From Phycisphaerae bacterium (GTDB lineage Bacteria > Planctomycetota > Phycisphaerae > UBA1845): a DNA stretch of 64,000 nt. Of the stretch, positions 38,696 to 49,001 are shown piece by piece; the first letter of the stretch is position 1, and every line of letters begins with the position of its first letter. Both the position numbers and the translations under genes were made by a program. The notes below the pieces were generated by a model. The model searched no databases, had not been told where the DNA came from, and worked only from the letters and a program-made list of their open reading frames with translations. The stretch is from assembly GCA_963666835.2 (NCBI GenBank), contig CAXXGO010000006.1, forward strand, positions 1,600,001-1,664,000. The letters run 5' to 3'.

Positions 38696-41303
38696 CTAGT
38701 CCTCAACTGCTCTGACCCGAACGTTGCCGGCCTCGAGAGTGACTTCGATCGCGCCCATGTCGCACGTGTTGTACGTCGGGACCGCACCGATAAGTTCCTG
38801 CACTCCGCCGAGATTGTCCGCGGACCACCGATTGCTGGACTGGACCACCGCCTCGGCGCCCACGGCCGCGATGAACTTTGCGGTCGTGGGGACCACACTG
38901 CCGTGATGGGGTAGTACGAGCACGTCAGCCGAAAGCCGCCCGTGCTCCAGCAACTCCTGTTGGGCCTGCTCTTCGATGTCCCCGGTCATGAGGATCGACT
39001 GGCCCTTGTAAGACAGCCGCAACACCGTCGAAACGTCGTTGGCGGAAAGCCGGTCGTCAACCGTTTGCGGAGGCCACAGCCGCTCGAAGGTGACCCCGCC
39101 GATTGTCCATGAGGAGGCTGACGCATCTTCCACAGTGACAGCTCTGCCCAGCGCGGGAAGCACGACATCGAGTAGGTGCCTAGCGGGCGACCTCGGTGGG
39201 CTCCTCGACGAGAAGTGCTCGTTCACGAGGATGGGACCCACGTCAAACGCCTCAAGCACTGCGGGTAGGCCACTGAAGTGGTCGAGGTTCGGATGGCTGA
39301 GGTGGACGCGGTCCACCCGCGGAATACCGCAGTGTTGCAGGAATGGGACAACCGCGGACCGTCCAATGTCGTACGGGCTCATCGTTCCGCAGTCGTAGAG
39401 CATGGTCTGCCCGTCCGGAAGCTCGATTACGGTTGCCAGCCCGGCCCCGACGGGCCAGGAACGTTGCACGAAGGTGCCCCGGCACAGGATTCGGTCGAGC
39501 CCAGGCAAGACTCGCGACTACGACCAACGCCAAAGCGGCGATACAGGAGCGCGTTTGCCAGAGGTGCGAACCGGGTGGGGTGGTTGATGGTGGCTTCAGG
39601 GAATCGGCAGTCCTGCTCGGGCGGAAGCGCCAGACAACGGCTGCGAGAAGGAGGTAGAAGACGATCATCCACCACCACGGCGGGGTCGGCACTGTCAGCG
39701 AAGCGGCCGGTAGTGCTGCGAGCTGCTCGACCACCGAAATGAGCAGGGCGTCGGCAAAGGTCACGATCACACCGATCGCACAGCCCGCTGTCGGTGACAC
39801 CGCACCGATGATGATCTTCCCGAAGCCCAACAGCATCACCACCGACATCAGCGGGAACACGATAACCGAAGAGAGAGGTCCCCACGGCTGGACTCGGTGG
39901 AAATGGCTCGCGATCACGGGGGCTCCGGCCAGCCACGCGGACACGGACACGATCAGCAGCACCAGTGCCGCGCGCATCACTCGCCGGCCGGTCTGCCGGG
40001 CGGCCATTCGGACGAGCGACACGCCCTCGTTGGCTGTCGTGGGGAACGGCTCAATCCCCAGGTCCGCTGGTGACGGTATTCCGGCGGCCCGACGCAGGAC
40101 GGTCCCGGTGGCTTTGGCGAGCTCGATCAAGGCCGGAGTCAGAAAGCTGACTCCCAGCACGGCCGCGAACGACAACTGGAACCCGACGTCGAGTATGGCC
40201 TCCGGATTAAGCCCGATAAGGGCAATCACTGCCGCCGAGAGCCAATTCAGTCGAGCCCGTGACCGCCGTAAGGTCAACGATGCGCAGAACAGCCCGGCCA
40301 TGATCGCCGCGCGCAAGATCGAAGGACGCGGCTCGGCGACTGCTGCGTAAAGGACTACCGCTCCCAGCATTAGCCAGGCTGATTGCCGTCGCGACACACC
40401 CGCCATCCTGGCTGCCGCCCAGACGAAGGACATCAGCACGACAACGTGCGTGCCGCTCACGGCCAGGAAGTGGGCGCAGCCCGCGTTGATGAAGACGTCA
40501 TTGAGTTGGCGATCGAGCTGCGAACGATGCCCGAGCACCATCGCCTCCAGCAGGCCGGCTTCTTCACTTGCTCCCGCAGCAATGTCGTCCGTGAGCAGGC
40601 CGCGGGCTCGCCGTTGGAGCCATGTTATCGGCCCGCGCGATCCGGCGAACTCGGTTTCAATTGGCCGGACGCACTCGCGGTGCCCGCAACTAAGCCCGGC
40701 TTCGACACCCTGTCTTCGGTAATGCTCAGCCCAATCGTAGCTGCCCGGATTCTGCGGTGGGCGCAGGCGATAGAGCCAGCCGAAGGCCTCCACCTGTTCG
40801 CCTTCACCGATATCGAGAAGCGCCTCCTGTACAGTGACGCGGATTCGCCCGGTGACCGGGAGGTGGCCGCTGGTTCCTTCGATCGAATGTACCTCGAGTA
40901 GAAATGTCGTCCGATCCGATTGGAAGGTCCACGGTGAGAAGGGGTGAGGTGACGCGGCGAGCATTCTTGGGGGGGATACCACCGTACCGGTGACACGGGC
41001 AATCCGCCGATCCGGGCCTGTGTATCGAGCAATGCTTGTGGCCGGGGTCTGTCGGACGAAGATTGCGTGCATTGTCCCACCGAGCGCGGCCGCGGCCAGG
41101 CAAACCAGTATAGGCCCGACCAATGCGCGAATGGTTTTCGGCAACGCGAGTAGCGCGGCGGCGAGGAAAGTCATTAGGTAAACGGTGATTGGCATCTCGG
41201 TGGATCGGTCGATCAGGATTCCGCCGATCATGCCTACCGCTACGGGTAGAAGTGGGGCGGTGCGCATAAGAGTGTCCGATGATTGGATTAGCTGCTTTCT
41301 CAT
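38696..41303 (-). pseudogene. comEC: ComEC/Rec2 competence protein, split by a +1 frameshift at ~39453 (real or sequencing error)
   Basis: Competence domain (HFLAVSGTH, GFQLSF) in one frame and MBL domain (SHPNLDH, TGDIE, PHHGS) in another; removing one C restores TFLA-VGAG. Confidence 0.8.
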
Positions 41304-41369
41304 GACGGGCGATCCTGAGCATACAACTACTACCACATCACCCCGCCTCCGACCAGAACCCCCCCAAAA

Positions 41370-41494
41370 AAAGGGGTCGGGAGTCTTTGTTTTGGGCGCG
41401 CATCACACTGCTTCAACGACGGATGCACCATTGCACGGGTGGCCCATCGCTTTAGCGGTGGGGGACACACCAAACAAAGACTCCCGACCCCTTT
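41370..41494. repeat. Inverted repeat pair AAAGGGGTCGGGAGTCTTTGTTT enclosing a second repeat
   Basis: Perfect 23-bp inverted repeat (41370-41392/41472-41494); inner GGGTGGCCCATCGCTTTAGCGGTGGGGGA (41437-41465). Confidence 0.85.
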
Positions 41495-41628
41495 CTTCTT
41501 GCGGTGTTTGGTTGAAGTGTCCATAATAGCCGCCGGTGGGGGACTCGGCGAATGGTGACGGCGGATCGTTTATGCCTGTGGGGGGCGAAGTGGTGATCGC
41601 GCGCCGCTCTCTGTGAGATCGACTGCTG

Positions 41629-42903
41629 ATGTCTGGGTGGTTTCAGGTTTGGCTCACCCTGGCCGCTATTGTCGGAGCGGGGTGGCTGGTTCGCTTGATT
41701 GTGGTGGGCTTTGTACTGCGCGGGCGGATCGTGCTGACGTCCGACTCACACGCCGGGCCTCTGGCCGACGCTCCGCGGATTTCCGTGCTGGTGGCCGCCA
41801 GGGACGAAGAGAAGAACATCGAAGCGTGCATCTCGACGCTTCTGGTGCAGGACTATCCCAACTTCGAAGTGATCGCCGTCGATGATCGCAGCGACGACCG
41901 GACGTTGGAGATTCTCCGCCGCTTTGAGCAACAAGCCGCCGGGCGGCTCCGGGTGGTATCTGTGGAAGGCCGGCGTGCGGGTTGGTTCGGCAAGAACAAC
42001 GCCATGCACGAGGGGGTAAAGGTCGCTACGGGTGACTGGCTCTGTTTCACCGACGCCGACTGCCGACAGGTGTCGCGGCGTACACTGTCGGTGGCGATGG
42101 GGGAGTGCCGCGCTTGTGACGTGGAGTTTCTCTCCATTACGCCGGTGCTCGACACCCGCACCGTCTGGGAGCGCATCACTCAGCCGGTCTGTGCGTTGGT
42201 GTTGATTCTGTGGTTCCTGCCGTCGCGCGTGAACAATCCGGCGAAAAGAACCGCCTATGCCAATGGCGCATTCATGTTGGTGCGACGCGACTGTTATGAC
42301 GCGATCGGCGGACACGAACGCCTGCGCGACAAAATGAGCGAGGATATCCACATGGCCCGGATAGCCAAGGATATGGGCCGCCGTCTTCGTGTTGTCGAGA
42401 ATGACGACCTCTACCGCACGCGAATGTACCGCACCGTTGCGGAGTCGTGGCGGGGCTGGAGCCGCATCTTCTATGGCTGCCTGGCGACCGCTCCGCGGGT
42501 GGCGACCTCGGCTTCGCTCGTGATTCTGTTCTCTGTGATGCCTTGGCTGAGTTTGATTGCCGCATTGGTTGGTTGGGCGATGGCCGGGTTGGATGACACT
42601 TCCTCGGCAACGGTGGCTCCGACGGCAGCCGCCTCGGGTGCGGTCACTCCGGCGACGGCATCCGCGATGCCGGTTTCTCCCTGGACCCTGGCGGTCGGCT
42701 TGTGGGGATTGGTTGTGGGCCTGAAGCAACTGGTAATGTGGCGGCTTTATCCGGTGCTCAAGGTCGGCCGATGCTGGTCGTTCACGTATGTGATCGGTGC
42801 CGTCATAGTATTGGGTATGCTGGGCAGTGCTTTCTTGAAGGCCCTCGGCGTTACGCATACGCATTGGCGTGGCCGCACGTACGGCAAGAACGCGTCAGAA
42901 TAA
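41629..42903 (+). CDS. Membrane glycosyltransferase family 2
   Basis: AARDEE, DDRSDD, GK..A, FTDAD, NGAF, EDI, HWRGRTY. Confidence 0.9.
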   Translation: MSGWFQVWLTLAAIVGAGWLVRLIVVGFVLRGRIVLTSDSHAGPLADAPRISVLVAARDEEKNIEACISTLLVQDYPNFEVIAVDDRSDDRTLEILRRFEQQAAGRLRVVSVEGRRAGWFGKNNAMHEGVKVATGDWLCFTDADCRQVSRRTLSVAMGECRACDVEFLSITPVLDTRTVWERITQPVCALVLILWFLPSRVNNPAKRTAYANGAFMLVRRDCYDAIGGHERLRDKMSEDIHMARIAKDMGRRLRVVENDDLYRTRMYRTVAESWRGWSRIFYGCLATAPRVATSASLVILFSVMPWLSLIAALVGWAMAGLDDTSSATVAPTAAASGAVTPATASAMPVSPWTLAVGLWGLVVGLKQLVMWRLYPVLKVGRCWSFTYVIGAVIVLGMLGSAFLKALGVTHTHWRGRTYGKNASE

Positions 42904-42908
42904 GTGGG

Positions 42909-42985
42909 CGGGAGTCTCTGTTGGGCACGTGCCCCAGCAAGCTAGCCATGCGGGACCGCGCAACAAAGACTCCCGACCCCTTTTT
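42909..42985. repeat. Second copy of the GGGAGTCTTTG/CAAAGACTCCCGACCCC inverted repeat family
   Basis: CGGGAGTCTCTGTTG ... CAACAAAGACTCCCGACCCCTTTT. Confidence 0.75.
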
Positions 42986-43029
42986 AGGGGTGTACACTTG
43001 ATGGCACCTTGTTTATTATGGATCGCATC

Positions 43030-43758
43030 ATGGCTGACTTGGCGGGAACAGACACGAGTGCGGCGCCGATCCGGGTCCTGTTGATCGAGGACGATGTGGC
43101 GTTGGCTGACACCGTCCTCGGTTGTCTGCGCGCCCGCGGATACTCGGCCGAGTTCGCAGCCGATATCGCAACAGGCCTGCGGCTTCTGTCTGAGCCCCGG
43201 TTCGATGTTGTCATTCTCGACCTGACGCTCCCCGACGGAGACGGCCTGCACCTGGCAGCACATTTAAGAGCATCGGGCAGCGAAATCCCGATCTTGATGC
43301 TCACGGCCAGAGCCAGTGTCCCCGACCGGGTAGCCGGTTTTCGCCACGGGGCGGACGACTATCTCTGCAAGCCGTTTGATGTTGAGGAGCTGGCGGTCAG
43401 GCTCGAGGCTATCGTGCGGCGAGTGCGCGCCGGATCGCGCCATCTGGTTCGCTACGCAGACCTGCAACTTAACCTGGTGACCAGAGCTGTGCAACGGCAG
43501 AGCATCCGTGCCACGCTGTCGGACCGCGAAGCCGGATTGCTTGCTTATCTTATGACTCATCCGGAAGAGGTTCTCCAACGGGATCGCGTTCTTGAGGCGG
43601 TGTGGGGAGATGAGGCCGAAGATGACAGCAACGTGCTCAACGTCTACATCAACTACTTGCGCAACAAGATCGAATCGCCGGACCAGCCGCGGCTGATTCA
43701 CACGATCCGCGGGGTCGGATACATGCTCTCCAGGAAGGACCCGGACGACAGGTCATAG
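43030..43758 (+). CDS. OmpR/PhoB-family response regulator
   Basis: LLIEDD, DLTLPDGDG, GADDYLCKPF, VYINYLRNKI, IHTIRGVGY; start uncertain (43009-43030). Confidence 0.92.
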   Translation: MADLAGTDTSAAPIRVLLIEDDVALADTVLGCLRARGYSAEFAADIATGLRLLSEPRFDVVILDLTLPDGDGLHLAAHLRASGSEIPILMLTARASVPDRVAGFRHGADDYLCKPFDVEELAVRLEAIVRRVRAGSRHLVRYADLQLNLVTRAVQRQSIRATLSDREAGLLAYLMTHPEEVLQRDRVLEAVWGDEAEDDSNVLNVYINYLRNKIESPDQPRLIHTIRGVGYMLSRKDPDDRS

Positions 43759-45687
43759 GTCCGGCGGGTTTTCGGCATCGTCCGGTTGGTCGGCGCTTGC
43801 ATCCGGCCTCAACGGCTCCGCCGCGCCGTTAGCATAAGGCAGGAATATTCGGAAGGTCGTCCCCGCGCCCGGCTTGCTCTGTATTTGCAGAAAGCCGCCG
43901 GCGTTGTTTACCGCGGCGTAGACGATCGCCAGGCCCATCCCGCGTCCCCGTCGACCCGCGCGCGATTTCGTGGTGAAAAACGGTTCAAACGCGCGTTTCT
44001 GGACGTCGGTGGACATTCCGCTCCCGGTGTCTTGAACAACCAGAAGCGTGTACGGCCGTTCCTCTGTTGTCTCGTCGGGGTGTCGGGCCGTAACGGCTTC
44101 CACGGAAAGAAGCAGATGCCCGCCGTCGGGCATGGCGTCCTTCGCATTGCGCAGAAGGTTCAACACGATCTGCGTGAACTGGTCCGGGTCCATACGGGCC
44201 TGGACAGACGGTGCCAGCCGCTTTTGCACCTCAATGCCGTCGAAGAATGCGTGGTCCATCGAACTGACAATCAGCTCGATCGTATCTGCAGGGCAGAACA
44301 CCTGCGGGTCTCCGTGGGCGCTGCCGGCGAAGTTGAGCAACCGCCTGGACAGCCCGGCCGCGTGCTGGCACGCCCGCAGCGCCGAGCTAATCCGCGAAGC
44401 GTTCTCAGAATCGGGGTAATCGGCGGCAAGCGCCGATAGCGTGCCCATGATGTTGGCCAGCAGGTTGTTGAAATCATGCGCCAGACCTCCCGCCATGGTG
44501 CCTACCGCCTCCATCGTTTCGGCTCTGCGGAGCTTCGTTTGAAGACGCTGCTTCGCGGTGACATCGCGAAGGACAATAGCAGCGTAGCGTGCCTTGCCGT
44601 GATCGATGCGATAGACGCGGACATCGGCGAACCGATCGGCATCGTCACCCGCGAGTGCAGCGAACTCCGCATCGACGGCGCGATACCGCCTGCCATCCGT
44701 GATAGCCGCCCGGATGACGCCCAACCAGTCAATGGTTATCGAGCGCCATTCAGGCCAGACGTCGAGGATCATCCGGTCTTCGTGCGTGCCGGCCTCCACT
44801 CCCAGTAACTTGGTGTCGCCGTCATGGTATTCGATGACCTTACCGTCGCGGTCACAGATCACGACGGCATCCCGTAGGTTCGCGAACAACGCCCGGTGTT
44901 TGGCCTCCGACGCCTGCGTCTCGGCTTGCGCATCGGATACCGATTGAGCCATTTCATTCAGGGCTAGTCCCAGTCTCCCCAACTCATCGACGGACCGAGG
45001 CACCGTCCGAAAGGCAAGGTCGCCCTCGCTGAATCGCTGGGTCGCCTCCTGGAGGCTTTCGATTGGAGTGAAGAGCCAGCGCCGGATCAGCATGGCGCCA
45101 AACACTACGAGCAACGCGGCACAGGACCCGACGGCGATTGTCAACGCGAGGATTTGTGTTGAAGTGGCGGCGACGTCGCGTGTTGCGTGATTGCGAATCT
45201 CGTCGAGAGCCGCTTGGGCCGCAAACAAGTGAGAATCCAGCTTGGGAACGAGTTCATCCTCGATACGCCCGTTCAGCAACCGCTCCGCCTCGTCGAGCCT
45301 TCCGGCCTCCGATAGAGCGAGGCACTCATCCGACTCGCTCTCCAGCGCCTCGGCGACTTTCACGGCGGGCTGCCACAGGACTTCGCCCCCCGCGTGCGGC
45401 TCGAACGAAGCCACTTGGCGCAGCTTCGTCAGAAACTCATCTCGCGCCTCGAAGTACGGGCCGGTAGCTTCGCTTCGCCCATCTACCACATTGTGAAGTC
45501 GGCGGGTCAGCACCGCCAAGTCGACGCGTAGTCGCCCGACCTGTGCCGTCTGCCCCGTGACCTGCTCGAACTCCTGTACCGCGCGTTCAACCTGCCATTG
45601 AATCGCGTATATCGTGGCGGCTGCGGCTATTACGGCAAAAACCGCAAAGGCCCCCAGCAAGAGCATCAAGCGCCGGCGAAGGCTCAT
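43753..45687 (-). CDS. Sensor histidine kinase (TM, HAMP, PAS; CckA-like kinase core, no receiver)
   Basis: DELGRL, GGLAHDFNNLL, NLLRNAKDAM, FEPFFTTK, GMGL. Confidence 0.9.
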   Translation of the reverse strand: MSLRRRLMLLLGAFAVFAVIAAAATIYAIQWQVERAVQEFEQVTGQTAQVGRLRVDLAVLTRRLHNVVDGRSEATGPYFEARDEFLTKLRQVASFEPHAGGEVLWQPAVKVAEALESESDECLALSEAGRLDEAERLLNGRIEDELVPKLDSHLFAAQAALDEIRNHATRDVAATSTQILALTIAVGSCAALLVVFGAMLIRRWLFTPIESLQEATQRFSEGDLAFRTVPRSVDELGRLGLALNEMAQSVSDAQAETQASEAKHRALFANLRDAVVICDRDGKVIEYHDGDTKLLGVEAGTHEDRMILDVWPEWRSITIDWLGVIRAAITDGRRYRAVDAEFAALAGDDADRFADVRVYRIDHGKARYAAIVLRDVTAKQRLQTKLRRAETMEAVGTMAGGLAHDFNNLLANIMGTLSALAADYPDSENASRISSALRACQHAAGLSRRLLNFAGSAHGDPQVFCPADTIELIVSSMDHAFFDGIEVQKRLAPSVQARMDPDQFTQIVLNLLRNAKDAMPDGGHLLLSVEAVTARHPDETTEERPYTLLVVQDTGSGMSTDVQKRAFEPFFTTKSRAGRRGRGMGLAIVYAAVNNAGGFLQIQSKPGAGTTFRIFLPYANGAAEPLRPDASADQPDDAENPPDL

Positions 45688-46559
45688 CGGCCGGCCTCAG
45701 CCTGATACGCCCAATCCCAGCGCTCCTCTTCCGGGTGTGCACTGGTCAGAACATGCCCGCCGACGAACGCCACGATCGTCTTTCCACCATGCCGTTTCGA
45801 TGGCATCCAATAGCGGTTGTTGCTGTAGGGGTCGTCAACGTTTGGCAGTCCCGGTGCTATGTAGAACGGGTCGATTCCCGCGCGGAACGCCGCTTTGCCG
45901 TCCACATCCATTACCAGAGGCGCGTATGGATGATTCAGAACCCGGGAGGCGACCCGCGTAGACGCTGCCGGTGCAAGCACTTTCCGGCTGCGAAACTCGA
46001 CAGTCGCACGATAAAGCCGCATGTTGAAAGCGAGCGATATGTCCTCGAGCGGACCGACCGCCTCACCGCTGCACGGTAAGCCTCGTCTTCTCGTCAGGTT
46101 GCGGGCGCTCGCCGGACAGAGCATCGGCTCATCGCCAACCTCGAGTTCCGCCGTATGGTCTTCCGGCAGGTCCCAGAATTCGTCGAGGCGGTACAGACTA
46201 TCTTGGAAGTCGTTGATCCAGAATCGGTTTCGGCCGAGCGTTTCGCTGTCGCCGCGTCCTTCCGCGCTCCTCCCGGAAGCGAACAGCTCGAACTCCACCG
46301 CGATAGTCCGCATGTTTGACGAACAGTGCAGTGTTTTGGCAGTTGTGCGAACCTCGTTGAGGGCCGGCAGGAGGACCGCCATCAAGACGGCAATGATCCC
46401 GATTACCACGAGTACTTCGAGAATCGTGAAGGCACCGGAGCCTGCTCTTGCCCGGTCGGCGCGCGGTCGGCGCAGCACCACCGCAGACGGAAGTCCCCGG
46501 AAATCCATCTCGCTACGCAACGTGATCACCGCCCATTGCTCGCGCCTATCTCGCTTCAC
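45684..46559 (-). CDS. Prepilin-type N-terminal cleavage protein with H-X9-DG-like C-terminal motif (DUF1559-like)
   Basis: GA^FTILEVLVVIGIIAVLMAVLLPAL, C.SNMR, RHGGKTIVAFVGGHV. Confidence 0.82.
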   Translation of the reverse strand: MKRDRREQWAVITLRSEMDFRGLPSAVVLRRPRADRARAGSGAFTILEVLVVIGIIAVLMAVLLPALNEVRTTAKTLHCSSNMRTIAVEFELFASGRSAEGRGDSETLGRNRFWINDFQDSLYRLDEFWDLPEDHTAELEVGDEPMLCPASARNLTRRRGLPCSGEAVGPLEDISLAFNMRLYRATVEFRSRKVLAPAASTRVASRVLNHPYAPLVMDVDGKAAFRAGIDPFYIAPGLPNVDDPYSNNRYWMPSKRHGGKTIVAFVGGHVLTSAHPEEERWDWAYQAEAGR

Positions 46560-48082
46560 CTCGGCCCGTTGGCCGGTCCCGTCAGGGCGTCGATAAACGC
46601 CCCTACGTCCTCGCAGTCAACACGATTGTCCACAACCAAGTCCAAAGGAGCACAGGGCATGCCGCCCGACCCTCCTCGCGAAAAGCACGTTTGGAAGCCG
46701 GCCACATCCATCAGATCGACATCACCGTCTCGATCGCTGTCCCCATCTCTGAAGATCCGTGATACGTCCAGGTCGCTGACGAGGCCGTCATAATTGACGT
46801 CGTACATGCTGAAATCAGAAGCGAATTCCTCGATCGTGACGACTCCATCCTGGACGCCGTCGTGAGCATCGTGATGGGTGATGTACTGGGCAATAAGCTG
46901 AGCATCACGCTCGGTCCAGGCCCCGTTTCCGTTGACGTCCCCACTTACCACGTCGGGATATGCGTCGGTCCAAACGAAGTAGACGCCGGATGGATCGGGT
47001 TGGGTGTGACTCGTGCCGAGCAGCACCGTTATCGACCAGTCTGCCGGATCCAGGTGGTCGGCGGAGATCCGCTCCGCCCAATCAACGATGATGTCCTCCT
47101 CGGGCAGCCCCGTGGGATACGCGATCACGAAGGACGCGCTGTCCGCAAGGTCGTCCAGAGCTTCTTGCACCGAGGCATGATCGGTAGGATCCTGATTGGA
47201 CGGCTCGGGCGGCTCGCCGTGCATCAGGCCCGCGCCGACGTTGGTCATGGGAAATACCAGCGACAGAATCGTGACATCCCCGGCGGGATCATGGCGAAAC
47301 CGCAAGTGTGAATCCGGAGCGTACTCGCCGGGCACGCCCCCACCTTCCACGAAGCTGAACATCTCGAAGCCATGAGCACGGTGGAAGAACGGCCCGATGA
47401 TATCCCAGGTCTCTCCCTCTTCGAACATCCCGTCTCCGTCTCCCGTAACCTCCTCGATGTCGCCATACCCGAACTGCCAGCCGAACAGCGCCAGGTGGAA
47501 CTCTTCTCCGTGGCGCTCGACGAACGGTGGAGTCAAAAAGTTGCCGTCGAAGTCCGCCTCCCGCGTGGCCATGCGGTTGCCAAACGCGGCCCGTAGGACT
47601 CTCCCACCGAACCGGGCGATGTTTCCGAGATACCGGTAGTGCGGTGCGTCAAGCTCCCCGCCGGTCCAAATGTCGTTGTCCATGTCGATCTCGACGAATC
47701 CGTAGACGGGGTGATCGCCGTATCTGAACGGATCGAACGCCAATGGATCGACGTTGCCGGGCGGGTTGACCAGATGGTTCAATACCAGCTCGAGGCGTAG
47801 AAACGGACCGCCGACCGTAAATGATCCCGCGAACAGGTCCGTCTGGGGATCGTTCGGGGTCCAGGCACCGGCCTTCAGTTGCCGCAGGTCGATCAGGCGA
47901 TGCGCCTGCGGGTCGAAGGGCGTATCCGCGCCGGGATCCATGACTCGCGGTACGGCGTCGTTTGGCGTGTCGTCGAAGGCGATATAACCGATCTGTGCCG
48001 AACTGGACGTCAACGCGAAGAGCAACGCCGCGCAACATGCCAGCCGTGGCAAACATCGGCGGATTCGGACGACGGATCGCAT
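46556..48082 (-). CDS. Secreted hypothetical protein with dockerin-like/EF-hand repeats
   Basis: Signal peptide; GDVNGNG, DVNYDGLV, GDSDRDGDVDLMD. Confidence 0.75.
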   Translation of the reverse strand: MRSVVRIRRCLPRLACCAALLFALTSSSAQIGYIAFDDTPNDAVPRVMDPGADTPFDPQAHRLIDLRQLKAGAWTPNDPQTDLFAGSFTVGGPFLRLELVLNHLVNPPGNVDPLAFDPFRYGDHPVYGFVEIDMDNDIWTGGELDAPHYRYLGNIARFGGRVLRAAFGNRMATREADFDGNFLTPPFVERHGEEFHLALFGWQFGYGDIEEVTGDGDGMFEEGETWDIIGPFFHRAHGFEMFSFVEGGGVPGEYAPDSHLRFRHDPAGDVTILSLVFPMTNVGAGLMHGEPPEPSNQDPTDHASVQEALDDLADSASFVIAYPTGLPEEDIIVDWAERISADHLDPADWSITVLLGTSHTQPDPSGVYFVWTDAYPDVVSGDVNGNGAWTERDAQLIAQYITHHDAHDGVQDGVVTIEEFASDFSMYDVNYDGLVSDLDVSRIFRDGDSDRDGDVDLMDVAGFQTCFSRGGSGGMPCAPLDLVVDNRVDCEDVGAFIDALTGPANGPR

Positions 48083-48510
48083 GTTTGGGACATCCACAAC
48101 CGGAACGCCGGTCCGCGGCCGGCCATGCCCGGCGTTAGCACCTGCCGCCGGATGAGACCCCGACGCCGCACAAACGCCATCGCCGGTCCGGACCGAGTCA
48201 TTGTAGCACATTCAGCACTGAATCCGAAACCCGCTGCAGGGGGGCGTTGATAAGAACCCTCTAATAATGCACGGAGGGTGTACCGGTTCAGGTGCCGGCG
48301 GCCGGTGTTGTTGATGTGCGTTGACGCGGGACTTGGTACGCAATGGTCGGCCGATCAGGTCAAGCGTACCGCGTCGGCATGTTGAAGTGAGAAGTCGCCC
48401 CCGGTGGCTCGATACCATCCGGGGGCGCTCCTCCTGCAGTGGTCAATCGTCCCTCCGGCTTCCGCACCAGGCCCGTGTCTCACGACCTGGGCACGGTCGA
48501 CGACGGAGGG

Positions 48511-48918
48511 TCATCTCTGCGGTGACGGATCCTCGATCACACTGACGGTGTCAGAACCGTCGAACGGCACTCCGTCGGTGGTGGTGCCGGTCAGCACCAG
48601 CGTTGCCTCCGGCGGCGCCACGAGCGCCTCGATTGACGCCTGGTCGAATTTGGCCACCAGATTGCCACGACTATCCGCCTTGACCAGCACCGGCAAGACT
48701 CCGCTCAACGCCAAAGATGTGCGATCGACAACAGCGAGCGCAATATCCGTATGCACGGTTACTCGGTCCCCTTTGTCGCACCCCAGAACGATCGTCTTCG
48801 GTGAGATAGAAATCGTGACGTCGATCGTGGTCTCGGACGATCCCAGGCATACCGCCCCTGGAAGGTAGGCCGCCAACACAACACCCAGTACGCCTGCTAA
48901 TACCAATGGAACTTTCAT
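48511..48918 (-). CDS. Small secreted beta-rich hypothetical protein
   Basis: Signal-like N-terminus, RBS GGAGG, LVAKFD...TGT..DG..F.GSD.V. Confidence 0.7.
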   Translation of the reverse strand: MKVPLVLAGVLGVVLAAYLPGAVCLGSSETTIDVTISISPKTIVLGCDKGDRVTVHTDIALAVVDRTSLALSGVLPVLVKADSRGNLVAKFDQASIEALVAPPEATLVLTGTTTDGVPFDGSDTVSVIEDPSPQR

Positions 48919-49001
48919 GTCATTTCCTCCCTAAACTAGGTCGTTTACCTTCTAAGGCCCGCTGAATCCAAACCCGTCCGCCCTAATCACCTCGGGGCGT
49001 T

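Noticed and set aside
37233..38699. 488-aa plus-strand ORF
   Set aside because: Antisense shadow of ald
48213..48300. CTGAATCC motifs (also near 48960) reminiscent of the ydaO c-di-AMP riboswitch
   Set aside because: On the opposite strand from the local genes, and the other conserved elements are absent
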